Of a stretch of DNA of 49,955 bases, positions 19,183-28,303 are shown in pieces. The notes under the pieces were generated by a model. It was not told the DNA's origin and made no database searches. It saw only the letters and a list, made by a program, of their open reading frames with translations. The first letter of the stretch is position 1, and the number at the start of each line of letters is the position of its first letter. The stretch is taken from assembly GCA_034717985.1 (NCBI GenBank), contig JAYEMH010000007.1, positions 1 to 49,955 of the forward strand. Direction: 5' to 3'. The position numbers were made by a program, and so were the translations under genes. This stretch comes from Candidatus Ratteibacteria bacterium (GTDB taxonomy: Bacteria > CAZDME01 > JAYEMH01).

Positions 19183-19461
19183 ATGTCCGGAGAGAAAAAG
19201 GAAGAAATTAAAAAGGCTGAAGATTATCTGGATATAGGTAAACTCTATTTTCTCAATCAGAGATATGAAGAAGCCCTTTCTGCTTTCCAAAAAGTAATAG
19301 AATTAGAGCCGGGAAATCCTCAAGGGTACTATAATTTGGGTCTGGTTTATGAAAGCAAAAATATGATGCTTGAGGCTAAAAAGATGTTTACCCAAACCTT
19401 AGAGTTGGATTCCAAATTCAAACCGGCGGAAGACCATCTGGCTAAATTGGTAGGCATATAA
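19183..19461 (+). CDS. Small TPR-repeat protein
   Basis: Two TPR consensus repeats (YEEAL.AFQKVIELEP, YYNLGLVY). Confidence 0.8.
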   Translation: MSGEKKEEIKKAEDYLDIGKLYFLNQRYEEALSAFQKVIELEPGNPQGYYNLGLVYESKNMMLEAKKMFTQTLELDSKFKPAEDHLAKLVGI

Positions 19462-19465
19462 AAAA

Positions 19466-19879
19466 GTGAATGCTAAAGCAAAGTTAAACTTAGCTTTCTG
19501 TTTAATTTTTTTTATTCAGGGATGTATTCCGCTTGCCTATCCCTTCAAAGAGGCAATTCCTTCAAAAATCAGAGCTCAAGGGGAGGCAGAGGCTTGCTTT
19601 CAACTGGAAGATCCCAGGCAGGTGCGGCGCTTAGCCGCAGAAGCAGCCTATAGCGAAGCAATGTTTAACTTAATGCGAAAAATCGAAGATTTGTATATTA
19701 CTCCCCTGTCCCGGGTTGGAACTATTCTGGAAAGAAATCCTCAGGCAAAACTTGAGGTTCTCAGTCTGGTTAATCAGGCCCGGATAAGAAAGACGCGGTT
19801 TCTAAAAGAAAGAAAGATTATGGTTGAATTAGAATTAAATGGGGATAAATTAAGAGAAGTGCTTTCACCTTATCGTTAG
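19466..19879 (+). CDS. Hypothetical lipoprotein
   Basis: Signal peptide with a lipobox-like IQGC. Fits the operon spacing. Confidence 0.6.
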   Translation: MNAKAKLNLAFCLIFFIQGCIPLAYPFKEAIPSKIRAQGEAEACFQLEDPRQVRRLAAEAAYSEAMFNLMRKIEDLYITPLSRVGTILERNPQAKLEVLSLVNQARIRKTRFLKERKIMVELELNGDKLREVLSPYR

Positions 19880-19883
19880 AAAA

Positions 19884-20426
19884 ATGCGATTAGCCAATAA
19901 ACTTACCGTTTTAAGAATACTTTTAGTCCCCTTATTTCTCATCTGTATTGTTTATTATCGGCCGGAAAATGAGAAGCTCAGGATAATTGCCTTATGCCTT
20001 TTTGCTTTAGCTGTTTTAACTGATTTTGTTGACGGAATAATTGCCCGGGCTAAAGGAGAAAAGACAAGACTGGGAAGTATTCTTGACCCTCTGGCGGATA
20101 AGCTGCTTTTGGTCAGCGCTTTTATTTCTTTGAGCCGGGCGCAGCTTCCCGTAACCTTGCCGGCCTGGGTAGTAATAACCGTAATCAGCCGGGATATCAT
20201 TATTGTCCTGGGGGCGGTGATAATTCATTTTATCACCGGGCAATTGGAAGTTATTCCCAGCCGCTTGGGCAAGCTTACTACTTTTTTCCAGATGGCGACC
20301 GTGATTAGCATCCTCTTGAATTTTACTTTTTCGTGTTTCTTTTGGTATGCCGCGGCAGTTTTTACTCTTCTTTCCGGGCTTGATTATATCCGTCAGGGAA
20401 GCAGATTGCTGAACGAGAATAAATGA
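19884..20426 (+). CDS. pgsA: CDP-diacylglycerol--glycerol-3-phosphate 3-phosphatidyltransferase
   Basis: AN.LT..RI and D..DG..AR.....T.LG..LDPLADK motifs. Confidence 0.88.
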   Translation: MRLANKLTVLRILLVPLFLICIVYYRPENEKLRIIALCLFALAVLTDFVDGIIARAKGEKTRLGSILDPLADKLLLVSAFISLSRAQLPVTLPAWVVITVISRDIIIVLGAVIIHFITGQLEVIPSRLGKLTTFFQMATVISILLNFTFSCFFWYAAAVFTLLSGLDYIRQGSRLLNENK

Positions 20427-21097
20427 ATACACTTTTCTTCTTAGCTTTAATTATTATTGTTGTTGGATATCTTATCGGCTCTTTTCCCACTGCTTATGTT
20501 ATCGGCAAAATATTTACCCGCCGGGATATTCGTAAATTAGGCAGCGGTAATGTCGGAGCAACCAATGCTTTTCGTGTTTCCGGGGTTTTGCCTGGAATAA
20601 TTACTTTGATTGTTGATGTGGGAAAGGGATGCATAGCTGTCCGGGGAGGATACTGGATATTTATAAATAGTCTGCGAATTTTTAACATTGGTTCTTTGAA
20701 AGAAATTACATTTTCGCTTCTTTTGCCTCTTTTTGCCGGCTTGGCGGCTATTATCGGCCATAATTGGCCGGTTTTTCTCAAATTCAAAGGAGGTAAAGGG
20801 GTAGCCGCTACCTTAGGAGTTTGCCTGGCTATTTATCCAACGATAGTCCTATCTGTGATTTTAGTTTGGCTGTTGGTATTAATGTTAGGTAAATATGTTT
20901 CTCTGTCTTCAGTGATTTCCGCTTTAACCTTGCCTCTTTTTGTCTGGTTGTATTCGGCCGGGAGAGAGTTAAGTTCAACTTTGCAAATTACTTATAGCTC
21001 GATTTTGGCCCTGCTTATTCTTTGGCGTCACAAGGAGAATATTAAAAGATTAATTCGGCACCAAGAAAGGAAATTTAGTTTTTCGAAAAGTGGCTAA
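20423..21097 (+). CDS. plsY: Glycerol-3-phosphate acyltransferase
   Basis: YLIGSFP, GSGNVGATN, GHNWP.F.KFKGGKGVA and RH.ENI.RL motifs. Confidence 0.95.
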   Translation: MNTLFFLALIIIVVGYLIGSFPTAYVIGKIFTRRDIRKLGSGNVGATNAFRVSGVLPGIITLIVDVGKGCIAVRGGYWIFINSLRIFNIGSLKEITFSLLLPLFAGLAAIIGHNWPVFLKFKGGKGVAATLGVCLAIYPTIVLSVILVWLLVLMLGKYVSLSSVISALTLPLFVWLYSAGRELSSTLQITYSSILALLILWRHKENIKRLIRHQERKFSFSKSG

Positions 21098-22091
21098 TAA
21101 AATTTGTGTTTTAGGAGCCGGTGGCTGGGGAACGACCCTGGCTGTTCTTCTTCACAAAAAAGGACATCAGGTAAGGCTCTGGGAAGTTTTCCCCGATTAC
21201 GCCGGAATTTTAAAAGAAACGAGAGAAAATGTTAAGTTTCTTCCCGGGATAAAAATTCCTGAGGAGATTTTAGTGACCGCTGATTTCGGTGAAGCTTTGG
21301 AGAAAGCCGAAATTGCGGTTATGGCTGTCCCTTCGTTTGCCGTCAGGGAGGTTTCCCGGATGATTGTCCGGGAGAATTCAGGAAAAGGTAGTTTCTTAGT
21401 CTGTGCTTCCAAAGGATTAGAATTATTGAGCAACAAAAGGTTGAGTCAGGTAATTCAGGAAGAAGTGGGAAAGGCTAATCTGGCTGTTTTATCCGGCCCG
21501 AGTCATGCTGAGGAAGTCAGCCGGGAAATTCCAACTTCAGTAGTTGTGGCTTCCCGGTCTTCAGATTTTGCCGAAGTTATTCAAAAGGTTTTTATGACGG
21601 AAAGATTCCGGGTTTATACCAGCTCGGATTTAATCGGGGTTGAGCTGGGAGGGGCGCTTAAGAACATTGTGGCAGTGGCCGCCGGGATATCGGACGGATT
21701 AGGCTATGGTGATAATACCAAAGCCGCTCTTTTAACCCGGGGAATAGTAGAGATAAGAAAGTTAGGAGTGGCTTTAGGGGCGGAGTTAGCCACCTTTAGC
21801 GGTCTTTCCGGAATGGGTGATTTGATTGCTACCTGTGTCAGCCCTTACAGCCGTAACCGCAGACTGGGGGAGGAGATAGGAAAGGGAAAAACCTTGGGGC
21901 AGGCTTTGGCTGAAACGGAAATGGTAGTTGAAGGGGTAAATACCAGTCGGGCGGCAGATGAACTTTCCCGTCGGTTAAATATTGAGATGCCGATTACCGG
22001 TGAAATTAAAAGAGTATTGTTTGGAGGGAAGTCTCCTCTTCAAGCGGTTAAAGATTTGATGACTCGTAAAGCTAAGTCAGAAAAAGATTAA
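21090..22091 (+). CDS. gpsA: NAD(P)H-dependent glycerol-3-phosphate dehydrogenase
   Basis: GAGGWG, SGPSHAEEV, GGALKN and GDL.ATC.S..SRN motifs. Confidence 0.95.
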   Translation: MANKICVLGAGGWGTTLAVLLHKKGHQVRLWEVFPDYAGILKETRENVKFLPGIKIPEEILVTADFGEALEKAEIAVMAVPSFAVREVSRMIVRENSGKGSFLVCASKGLELLSNKRLSQVIQEEVGKANLAVLSGPSHAEEVSREIPTSVVVASRSSDFAEVIQKVFMTERFRVYTSSDLIGVELGGALKNIVAVAAGISDGLGYGDNTKAALLTRGIVEIRKLGVALGAELATFSGLSGMGDLIATCVSPYSRNRRLGEEIGKGKTLGQALAETEMVVEGVNTSRAADELSRRLNIEMPITGEIKRVLFGGKSPLQAVKDLMTRKAKSEKD

Positions 22092-22096
22092 CCTAA

Positions 22097-22432
22097 ATGG
22101 AAGTAAATCTGCCTAAAAAATTGTATTACACCCTGGCCGAAGCCGGCAATTTTCTAAGGGTTAAACCGCATGTTTTGCGATATTGGGACAGGGAATTTAA
22201 AGTTAAACAAAGACGGAAGAATAAAAAGCAGTTTCAGAAATATCACCGTGATGACCTCAAGAAATTTCTGGAGATTAAGAGCTGTTTATATGAAAAGCTT
22301 TACAGCGTCGCCGGAGCGAAGAAGAAATTAGCCGAGAAAAAGAGAAAGGCGGTTGACAAAGATGCGGATTACCGGGGACTGCTGCGGCGGGTAAAAAGGG
22401 GACTTAGATTAATCGAGGCAATAGTGAAATAA
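22097..22432 (+). CDS. MerR family transcriptional regulator
   Basis: PKKLYY....A....V.PHVLRYW..EF and LYEK.YS..GAKK motifs. Adjacent to tRNA-Pro(GGG), a common context for this family. Confidence 0.82.
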   Translation: MEVNLPKKLYYTLAEAGNFLRVKPHVLRYWDREFKVKQRRKNKKQFQKYHRDDLKKFLEIKSCLYEKLYSVAGAKKKLAEKKRKAVDKDADYRGLLRRVKRGLRLIEAIVK

Positions 22433-22437
22433 TGCGG

Positions 22438-22514
22438 CGGGGCGTGGCGTAGCTTGGCAGCGCACTCCCTTGGGGTGGGAGAGGTCGTCCGTTCGAATCG
22501 GATCGTCCCGACCA
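22438..22514 (+). tRNA. tRNA-Pro(GGG)
   Basis: Acceptor stem cggggcg/cgtcccg, anticodon arm ctccc-ttGGGgt-gggag, T-loop ttcgaat, CCA end. Confidence 0.95.
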
Positions 22515-22516
22515 AA

Positions 22517-22747
22517 CTCGTATCTCGTATGTTGTATTTCGTATCTCGTGAAAAACAAAGATAAAAAAATTGAAATACGAGATACAAGATACAATAACCA
22601 AGAAACAATAACCAAATAATGACCAATAACCAAATTCAAATAACCAAAAAATATAATAAAATTATGTTTGGTGATTGGTTATCGAATATTGGAATTTATT
22701 TGTATCTTGTATCTTGGTTATTGGTGATTTAATAGATATTTTTGACA
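22517..22747 (+). repeat. Composite heptamer element: CGTAT-family hairpin (22517-22594) fused to TAACCAA-family copy 3 (22593-22747)
   Basis: tcgtatc tcgtatg ttgtatt tcgtatc...gaaatac gagatac aagatac aataacc aagaaac...ttggttattggtgatttaatagatatttttgaca. Confidence 0.88.
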
Positions 22748-22774
22748 GTACCACACGTAGTACAGGGAGAAAAT

Positions 22775-24073
22775 ATGAAGAATAAGGTAAATATTGGTTT
22801 AATCGGCTGGGGGACGGTCGGCAGCGGCGTAGTAAGGATTTTGAAGGAGAGAAAAAAACACCTATCCCGCAGGGTGGGTGCCCAACTTCGGCTAAAATCC
22901 ATTGTTGATCTGGATATCAATAAGGCGCGTTCAGTTAAAGTCAACCGAAAAATTTTAAGCCGGGAGGCAAAAAATATTCTCTCTGATCCGGAAATAGATA
23001 TTGTCGTCCAATTAATCGGAGGAGAGCATCCGGCCAAGGATTATATGACCAATGCTTTTAAAAAAGGCAAATCGGTAGTAACCGCCAATAAAGCCCTGTT
23101 GGCTAAACACGGGAAGGAAATTTTTAAATTAGCCCGGGAGAATAATGCCGAAGTTGGCTATGAAGCCAGTGTTTGCGGCGGTATTCCTTTGATTCGTTCT
23201 ATTAAAGAAGGTCTCCTGGCTAACAAAATCGAAGAGCTGAGGGGAATAATTAACGGCACCTCCAATTACATTCTCACCCGGATGGAAGAGGAGAATTACA
23301 GCTTTAATGAAGCGCTCCAGGAGGCAAAGAAAAGAGGATATGCCGAGGCCGATGCTGGTCTGGATATCAGCGGATTGGATTCAGCCCATAAACTGGCGGT
23401 TCTTGCTTCGTTGACTTTTGGCACTTCTGTTGCCTTATCCGATATCTATGTGGAGGGGATTGATTTAATAACTCTCCAGGATATCCGGTATGCGCGCGAA
23501 TTAGGTTACGCGGTGAAACTTTTAGCCATAGCCAAGGAAAAGCAGGGTCGGATTGAAGCCAGGGTTCATCCGGTTTTAATATCGGCTGATTATATTTTAG
23601 CCTCGGTAAGGCATAATTTTAATGCTGTTTGTCTCAAGGGAGATAAGGTCGGTGAATTAATTTTTTACGGAGCCGGAGCCGGACAACTCCCCACGGCCAG
23701 TTCTGTAGTCAGTGATATTTGCGATATTGCCGGCAAACTTATTCGGGGCGGAAAAGGCAGGGTGAATTCTTTTTTATATGATGCACTCTCCAAAAAAGTT
23801 TCCCCTATCAACAAACTGGAATCGCGTTATTATGTTCGCTTTACCACCTTGGATAATCCCGGAGTTCTGGCTAAGATTTCCCGGATTCTGGGGAGAAAAA
23901 ACATAAGCATTGCTTCAGTAATACAAAAACAAAGGAAGGAAGGCCGGACTGTTCCCATTGTGATGATGACCCACAAAGCCCTGGAAGAAAATATGCGCCG
24001 GGCCTTAGGGCAAATAGATAAGCTCTCTGTCGTCAAAGGTAAAACAGTTGCCATTAGGGTAGAGGAAGTTTAA
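22775..24073 (+). CDS. hom: Homoserine dehydrogenase with C-terminal ACT domain
   Basis: G.GTVGSG, TANKALLA, EASV.GGIP, NGT.NYIL and GAGAG.LPTAS motifs. Confidence 0.95.
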   Translation: MKNKVNIGLIGWGTVGSGVVRILKERKKHLSRRVGAQLRLKSIVDLDINKARSVKVNRKILSREAKNILSDPEIDIVVQLIGGEHPAKDYMTNAFKKGKSVVTANKALLAKHGKEIFKLARENNAEVGYEASVCGGIPLIRSIKEGLLANKIEELRGIINGTSNYILTRMEEENYSFNEALQEAKKRGYAEADAGLDISGLDSAHKLAVLASLTFGTSVALSDIYVEGIDLITLQDIRYARELGYAVKLLAIAKEKQGRIEARVHPVLISADYILASVRHNFNAVCLKGDKVGELIFYGAGAGQLPTASSVVSDICDIAGKLIRGGKGRVNSFLYDALSKKVSPINKLESRYYVRFTTLDNPGVLAKISRILGRKNISIASVIQKQRKEGRTVPIVMMTHKALEENMRRALGQIDKLSVVKGKTVAIRVEEV

Positions 24074-24079
24074 AAGCTC

Positions 24080-24114
24080 ATAGGTGATAGGGAATAGGGA
24101 GTAGGTGTTAGGTG
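24080..24114 (+). repeat. Heptamer tandem array (five ATAGGGA-like units), single arm
   Basis: ataggtg ataggga ataggga gtaggtg ttaggtg. Confidence 0.75.
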
Positions 24115-24115
24115 A

Positions 24116-24478
24116 ATGAGGAAAAAGGAATTGGGGTTAACTTTAGTTGAAGTAATGATTGTAATTTGTATTCTGGGTTTGATAATTGCCGTGGCTTTGC
24201 CAAATTTTTTGCGGGCTAGACGGGAGGCAAATGCTAAACTTTGTCTTACTAATCTTAAACAGATTGAGGCGGCCAAGGAACGTTGGAGTTTTTCTTACGG
24301 AGCGGCTCTTGATGAAGAAATTTATATAACAGATTTAGTTCCGGACTTTATAAGGGTGGCTCCTGTTTGCCCGGACAACGGAGAGTATACGCCGGGAATC
24401 CTCGTCGATAATCCAACTTGCAGTATCGGCACAAATAATACAGCTGAAATATTTGACGACCACGAATTACCTTATTAA
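24116..24478 (+). CDS. Prepilin-type N-terminal cleavage/methylation protein (type IV pilin / pseudopilin)
   Basis: G|LTLVEVMIVICILGLIIAVALPNF, C..NLKQI and the CP..G.Y...P.CS pattern. Confidence 0.88.
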   Translation: MRKKELGLTLVEVMIVICILGLIIAVALPNFLRARREANAKLCLTNLKQIEAAKERWSFSYGAALDEEIYITDLVPDFIRVAPVCPDNGEYTPGILVDNPTCSIGTNNTAEIFDDHELPY

Positions 24479-24480
24479 AA

Positions 24481-24628
24481 TAGACCATAGACGATAGACC
24501 ACAGACAATAGACTAAGGTGAAAAAAATAAATAGAGATTAAAAGAATTATAGGCAAAAAATCAGGAAGGATACTCCAGAGGTTGACTGTTTACATAGAAA
24601 AGTCTGAAGTCTAATGTCTATAGTCTGC
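24481..24628. repeat. Heptamer inverted repeat (TAGACCA family) with an ~85-bp loop
   Basis: Left arm tagacca tagacga tagacca cagacaa tagacta. Right arm agtctga agtctaa tgtctat agtctgc. Confidence 0.8.
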
Positions 24629-24678
24629 CTTTCTGTCTGAATTCCAATGTCTGAATCAGAATTATTAAATAGAGAGAG

Positions 24679-25773
24679 ATGGGAATAATGCTTTGGCCTG
24701 GTGTAATCAGGCATTATAAAGAGTTTTTACCGGTTACCGGGAAAACGCCGATTATAACCTTGAAAGAGGGAAATACCCCTCTGATACAGGCGGAGAAATT
24801 ATCTAATTACCTGGACGGGACAGTTAATCTTTATCTGAAATATGAGGGATTGAATCCGACCGGCTCATTTAAAGATAGAGGAATGACCGTTGCCATTTCT
24901 AAAGCTTTAGAGGAAGGCTGTAAAGCGGTCATTTGCGCTTCTACCGGAAATACTTCAGCTTCAGCCGCCGCCTATGCGGCCCAGGCAGGGATGAAATGCG
25001 TAGTTTTAATTCCGCAGGGGGCTATTGCTTTGGGCAAGCTGGCCCAAGCGCTGATTCACGGGGCGCAGGTTTTGGCTGTCAAAGGCAATTTTGACCAAGC
25101 TTTAACTTTGGTTAGAGAAATTACCGAGAAATACCCGATTACGCTGGTCAATTCCTTGAATCCTAATCGAATTGAAGGGCAGAAAACGGCTGCTTTTGAG
25201 ATTTGTGACCACCTGGAGGTCCCTGATTTTCAGGCGATGCCCGTAGGCAATGCCGGAAATATTACCGCCTATTGGAAAGGCTATCAGGAATATTTCCATA
25301 AGGGAAAAATAAGGAATCTGCCCAAAATGCTGGGTTTCCAGGCCTCCGGCGCGGCGCCGATTGTCGAGGAAAAAATAATTGAGAATCCGGAAACGATGGC
25401 TACGGCGATTAGAATCGGCAATCCCGCCAGCTGGAGAAAGGCAGAGGCAACCCGTGATGAGTCGGGTGGATTAATTGATAAAGTCACCGACGAGGAAATC
25501 CTTGAAGCCTACAAACTTTTAGCTGAATTTGAAGGAGTATTTGTGGAGCCGGCTTCGGCGGCATCTTTAGCCGGTGTGATTAAATTGCAAAAAACCCAAT
25601 TTTTCCGCCGGGCGGCTTCAGGCAGAGTTCCGACGGTCGTTTGTATTCTAACCGGACACGGCTTAAAGGATCCCGACCGCGCTATACAGACAGTTAAGGA
25701 ACCAAAGCTTGTTTCGGCTCGGGTTGAGGCAGTGATCGAAGAAATTGGTATGAGTAATAAGGATAAAAGATGA
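24679..25773 (+). CDS. thrC: Threonine synthase
   Basis: [26 protein letters not shown] and LTGHGLKDP motifs. Confidence 0.95.
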   Translation: MGIMLWPGVIRHYKEFLPVTGKTPIITLKEGNTPLIQAEKLSNYLDGTVNLYLKYEGLNPTGSFKDRGMTVAISKALEEGCKAVICASTGNTSASAAAYAAQAGMKCVVLIPQGAIALGKLAQALIHGAQVLAVKGNFDQALTLVREITEKYPITLVNSLNPNRIEGQKTAAFEICDHLEVPDFQAMPVGNAGNITAYWKGYQEYFHKGKIRNLPKMLGFQASGAAPIVEEKIIENPETMATAIRIGNPASWRKAEATRDESGGLIDKVTDEEILEAYKLLAEFEGVFVEPASAASLAGVIKLQKTQFFRRAASGRVPTVVCILTGHGLKDPDRAIQTVKEPKLVSARVEAVIEEIGMSNKDKR

Positions 25774-27056
25774 AAACGAAATTTATTGTTCTTGTCCCGG
25801 ATGGAATGGCGGATTATCCTCTGAAAGAGTTGAATTATAAAACACCGCTTGAAATTGCTAAAACACCTAATCTGGATAGACTCACCCGGGAGGGCCAGAT
25901 AGGCTTGTCAAAAAATGTTCCGGCTAAAATGACTCCGGGAAGTGATGTAGCCATTCTTTCTCTTCTGGGATACAATCCGGTTAAATATTACACCGGCCGC
26001 GGTCCTCTTGAGGCGGCCAGCCGCGGAATAAAATTAAGCGATGAAGAGGTTGCTTTTCGCTGTAATTTAGTTACTGTTGACCATGAGTTTTTGACTGATT
26101 ACAGCGCCGGTCACATTCAAAGTCAGGAAGGCAGTATTTTGATGGAGATGATTAATAAAAAGTTAGGGGATAAAGACATTCGTTTTTATCCCGGGGTGAG
26201 TTATCGGAATTTGATGGTCGCAAAAACAAAAGTTTTTGAGCCGGATTCTTCCGGTCACGATAAATTGAAAGAGAAATTTTTCAAGAAATTAAAAAAAGAA
26301 AAGAGTGCCGCGGAGAACATAAAATGTTATCCGCCTCATGATATCTTGAACCAGCCCTATAAGGAGTTTCTTCCCCAAGGAGAAAAGGGGTCTCTAATCA
26401 GGGAACTTACCGAGCATTCTAAAGACTTATTAGAGAAGCAGGATGTCAATCGGGTGCGTATCGACCTGGGGGAAAATCCCGCTAATATGATTTGGCTTTG
26501 GGGACAGGGCGGCCGTCCCAAACTGCCCGGTTTCTGGGAAAAATATACCTTAAGAGGCGGGGTGATTTCGGCGGTAGATTTAATTAAAGGCCTGGGTAAA
26601 TATCTGGGGCTTAAAGTGATTGACGTGCCGGGGGCAACCGGCTATTATGATACTAATTACGAGGGGAAGGCCGAAGCGGCCTTAGCCTGTCTTACTAAAA
26701 CTGATTTTGTTTTTGTTCATGTGGAAGCTCCTGATGAAGCCGGGCATAACGGGGATATTGTGGCTAAGATAAAAACAATCGAAGATTTCGACCGGAGATT
26801 ATTGGGCCGGATTTTAGCTGGGCTTGAAAAACCCCGCCGTTATCGGGTTATGGTTTTACCTGATCATCCTACCCCGATTGCTCTTCGCACTCATACCAGG
26901 GAGGCGGTTCCTTTTGTTATCTGGGGTTCCGAGGTGAAAAAAAATAATTTTAAGACTTTTTCGGAGAAGCAGGCCCAGAAAAGCTCCATCCATTTCAACA
27001 AGGGATACAATTTAATGCCGCATTTCATCAACTTGAAAGGCGGCCGGGCAGTATAA
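25770..27056 (+). CDS. Cofactor-independent phosphoglycerate mutase family protein, probable alternative homoserine kinase
   Basis: [27 protein letters not shown] and PDHPTP motifs. Lies between thrC and lysC. Confidence 0.85.
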   Translation: MKTKFIVLVPDGMADYPLKELNYKTPLEIAKTPNLDRLTREGQIGLSKNVPAKMTPGSDVAILSLLGYNPVKYYTGRGPLEAASRGIKLSDEEVAFRCNLVTVDHEFLTDYSAGHIQSQEGSILMEMINKKLGDKDIRFYPGVSYRNLMVAKTKVFEPDSSGHDKLKEKFFKKLKKEKSAAENIKCYPPHDILNQPYKEFLPQGEKGSLIRELTEHSKDLLEKQDVNRVRIDLGENPANMIWLWGQGGRPKLPGFWEKYTLRGGVISAVDLIKGLGKYLGLKVIDVPGATGYYDTNYEGKAEAALACLTKTDFVFVHVEAPDEAGHNGDIVAKIKTIEDFDRRLLGRILAGLEKPRRYRVMVLPDHPTPIALRTHTREAVPFVIWGSEVKKNNFKTFSEKQAQKSSIHFNKGYNLMPHFINLKGGRAV

Positions 27057-28303
27057 TGAAAATTATTGTTCAGAAGTTTGGGGGTTCCTCAATAGATATC
27101 GGTTCTCTTTATGAGCCTAATCCCGAATTAATAATGAAAGCGGCCCGAAGGGTTATCGCCGTTCAAAAAAAAGGTTACCAGGTAGTGGTGGTAGTTTCTG
27201 CTCCGGGCAAGCATACCGACTGCTTATCTCAAGTGGCTTTAAGCGTCAGCGGCAGAGCTGTTCCTTCTGCCCGGGAATTGGATATGCTCCTCACTACCGG
27301 CGAGCAAATCTCTATTGCTTTATTCAGTATGGCTTTAGATAAATTAGGGGCCAGGGCCATTTCTTTAACCGGACATCAACTTGGTATTGTTACCGATAGT
27401 TCTCATACCAAAGCAAAGATTAAAAAGATAAAGACGAAAAATCTGAAGAGGCTTCTTGAAGACGGCTATATTGTAGTTGTGGCCGGATTTCAAGGTGTCA
27501 GCAAAAAGGATATTACCACTTTGGGCCGGGGTGGTTCCGATTTAACGGCTGTCGCCTTGGCTTCCGTGCTCGGGGCAGAACACTGTGAAATTTTTACTGA
27601 TGTTGACGGGGTTTTTACCGCCGACCCTCGTATGGTGCCTGCGGCAAAAAAGATTTCTCGAATTTCCTATGAGGAAATGTTAGAGATGGCCAGCGCCGGC
27701 GCCCGGGTAATGCAAGCTCGTTCCTTAGGTTTTGCTCAGAAATATAATGTAGTTGTCCATGTGCGTTCCAGCCGCCACAATCGGCCGGGAACTTTAATTG
27801 GAGGAGAAAAGAAAATGCTGGAAAGAGTGGTTATTAGCGGTGTTACCTATGATAGAAACCAGGCCAAGATTTCAATTGTTGATATTCCGGATAGCCCGGG
27901 GGTAGCGGCTTACCTTTTTGGCGCTTTAGCCGAGAAGAATATCAATGTTGACATGATTATTCAAAGTGCCAGCAAAAACGGGAAAAACAGCATCTCCTTC
28001 TCCATTTCCCGGAATGATTTGAAAAAAACTTTGGAGGTAATGAAAAAGGTTAAAGGCCGTCTTAAAGCTAAACAAGTTATCGCGGATGCAAAAATAGCCA
28101 AGGTATCTCTGGTGGGTCTGGGAATGCGCACCCATGCCGGGGTAGCGGCCAAGATGTTTAAGGCTCTGGCCGGCAAGAAGATTAACATAGAAATGATTAG
28201 CACTTCAGAGATAAAAATTTCCTGCGTAATTAGAGAAAGGGAAGTGAAAAAAGCAGTACAGGCAATTCACCGTAAATTTAATCTGGGGAAACAAGAAAAA
28301 TGA
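27056..28303 (+). CDS. lysC: Aspartate kinase
   Basis: [17 protein letters not shown] and DVDGV.TADPR motifs, plus two ACT domains. Confidence 0.95.
   Translation: MKIIVQKFGGSSIDIGSLYEPNPELIMKAARRVIAVQKKGYQVVVVVSAPGKHTDCLSQVALSVSGRAVPSARELDMLLTTGEQISIALFSMALDKLGARAISLTGHQLGIVTDSSHTKAKIKKIKTKNLKRLLEDGYIVVVAGFQGVSKKDITTLGRGGSDLTAVALASVLGAEHCEIFTDVDGVFTADPRMVPAAKKISRISYEEMLEMASAGARVMQARSLGFAQKYNVVVHVRSSRHNRPGTLIGGEKKMLERVVISGVTYDRNQAKISIVDIPDSPGVAAYLFGALAEKNINVDMIIQSASKNGKNSISFSISRNDLKKTLEVMKKVKGRLKAKQVIADAKIAKVSLVGLGMRTHAGVAAKMFKALAGKKINIEMISTSEIKISCVIREREVKKAVQAIHRKFNLGKQEK

Noticed and set aside
14845-22747. Repeat arrays as CRISPR
   Set aside because: Units are 7 nt, contiguous and degenerate, with no unique spacers and no cas genes.
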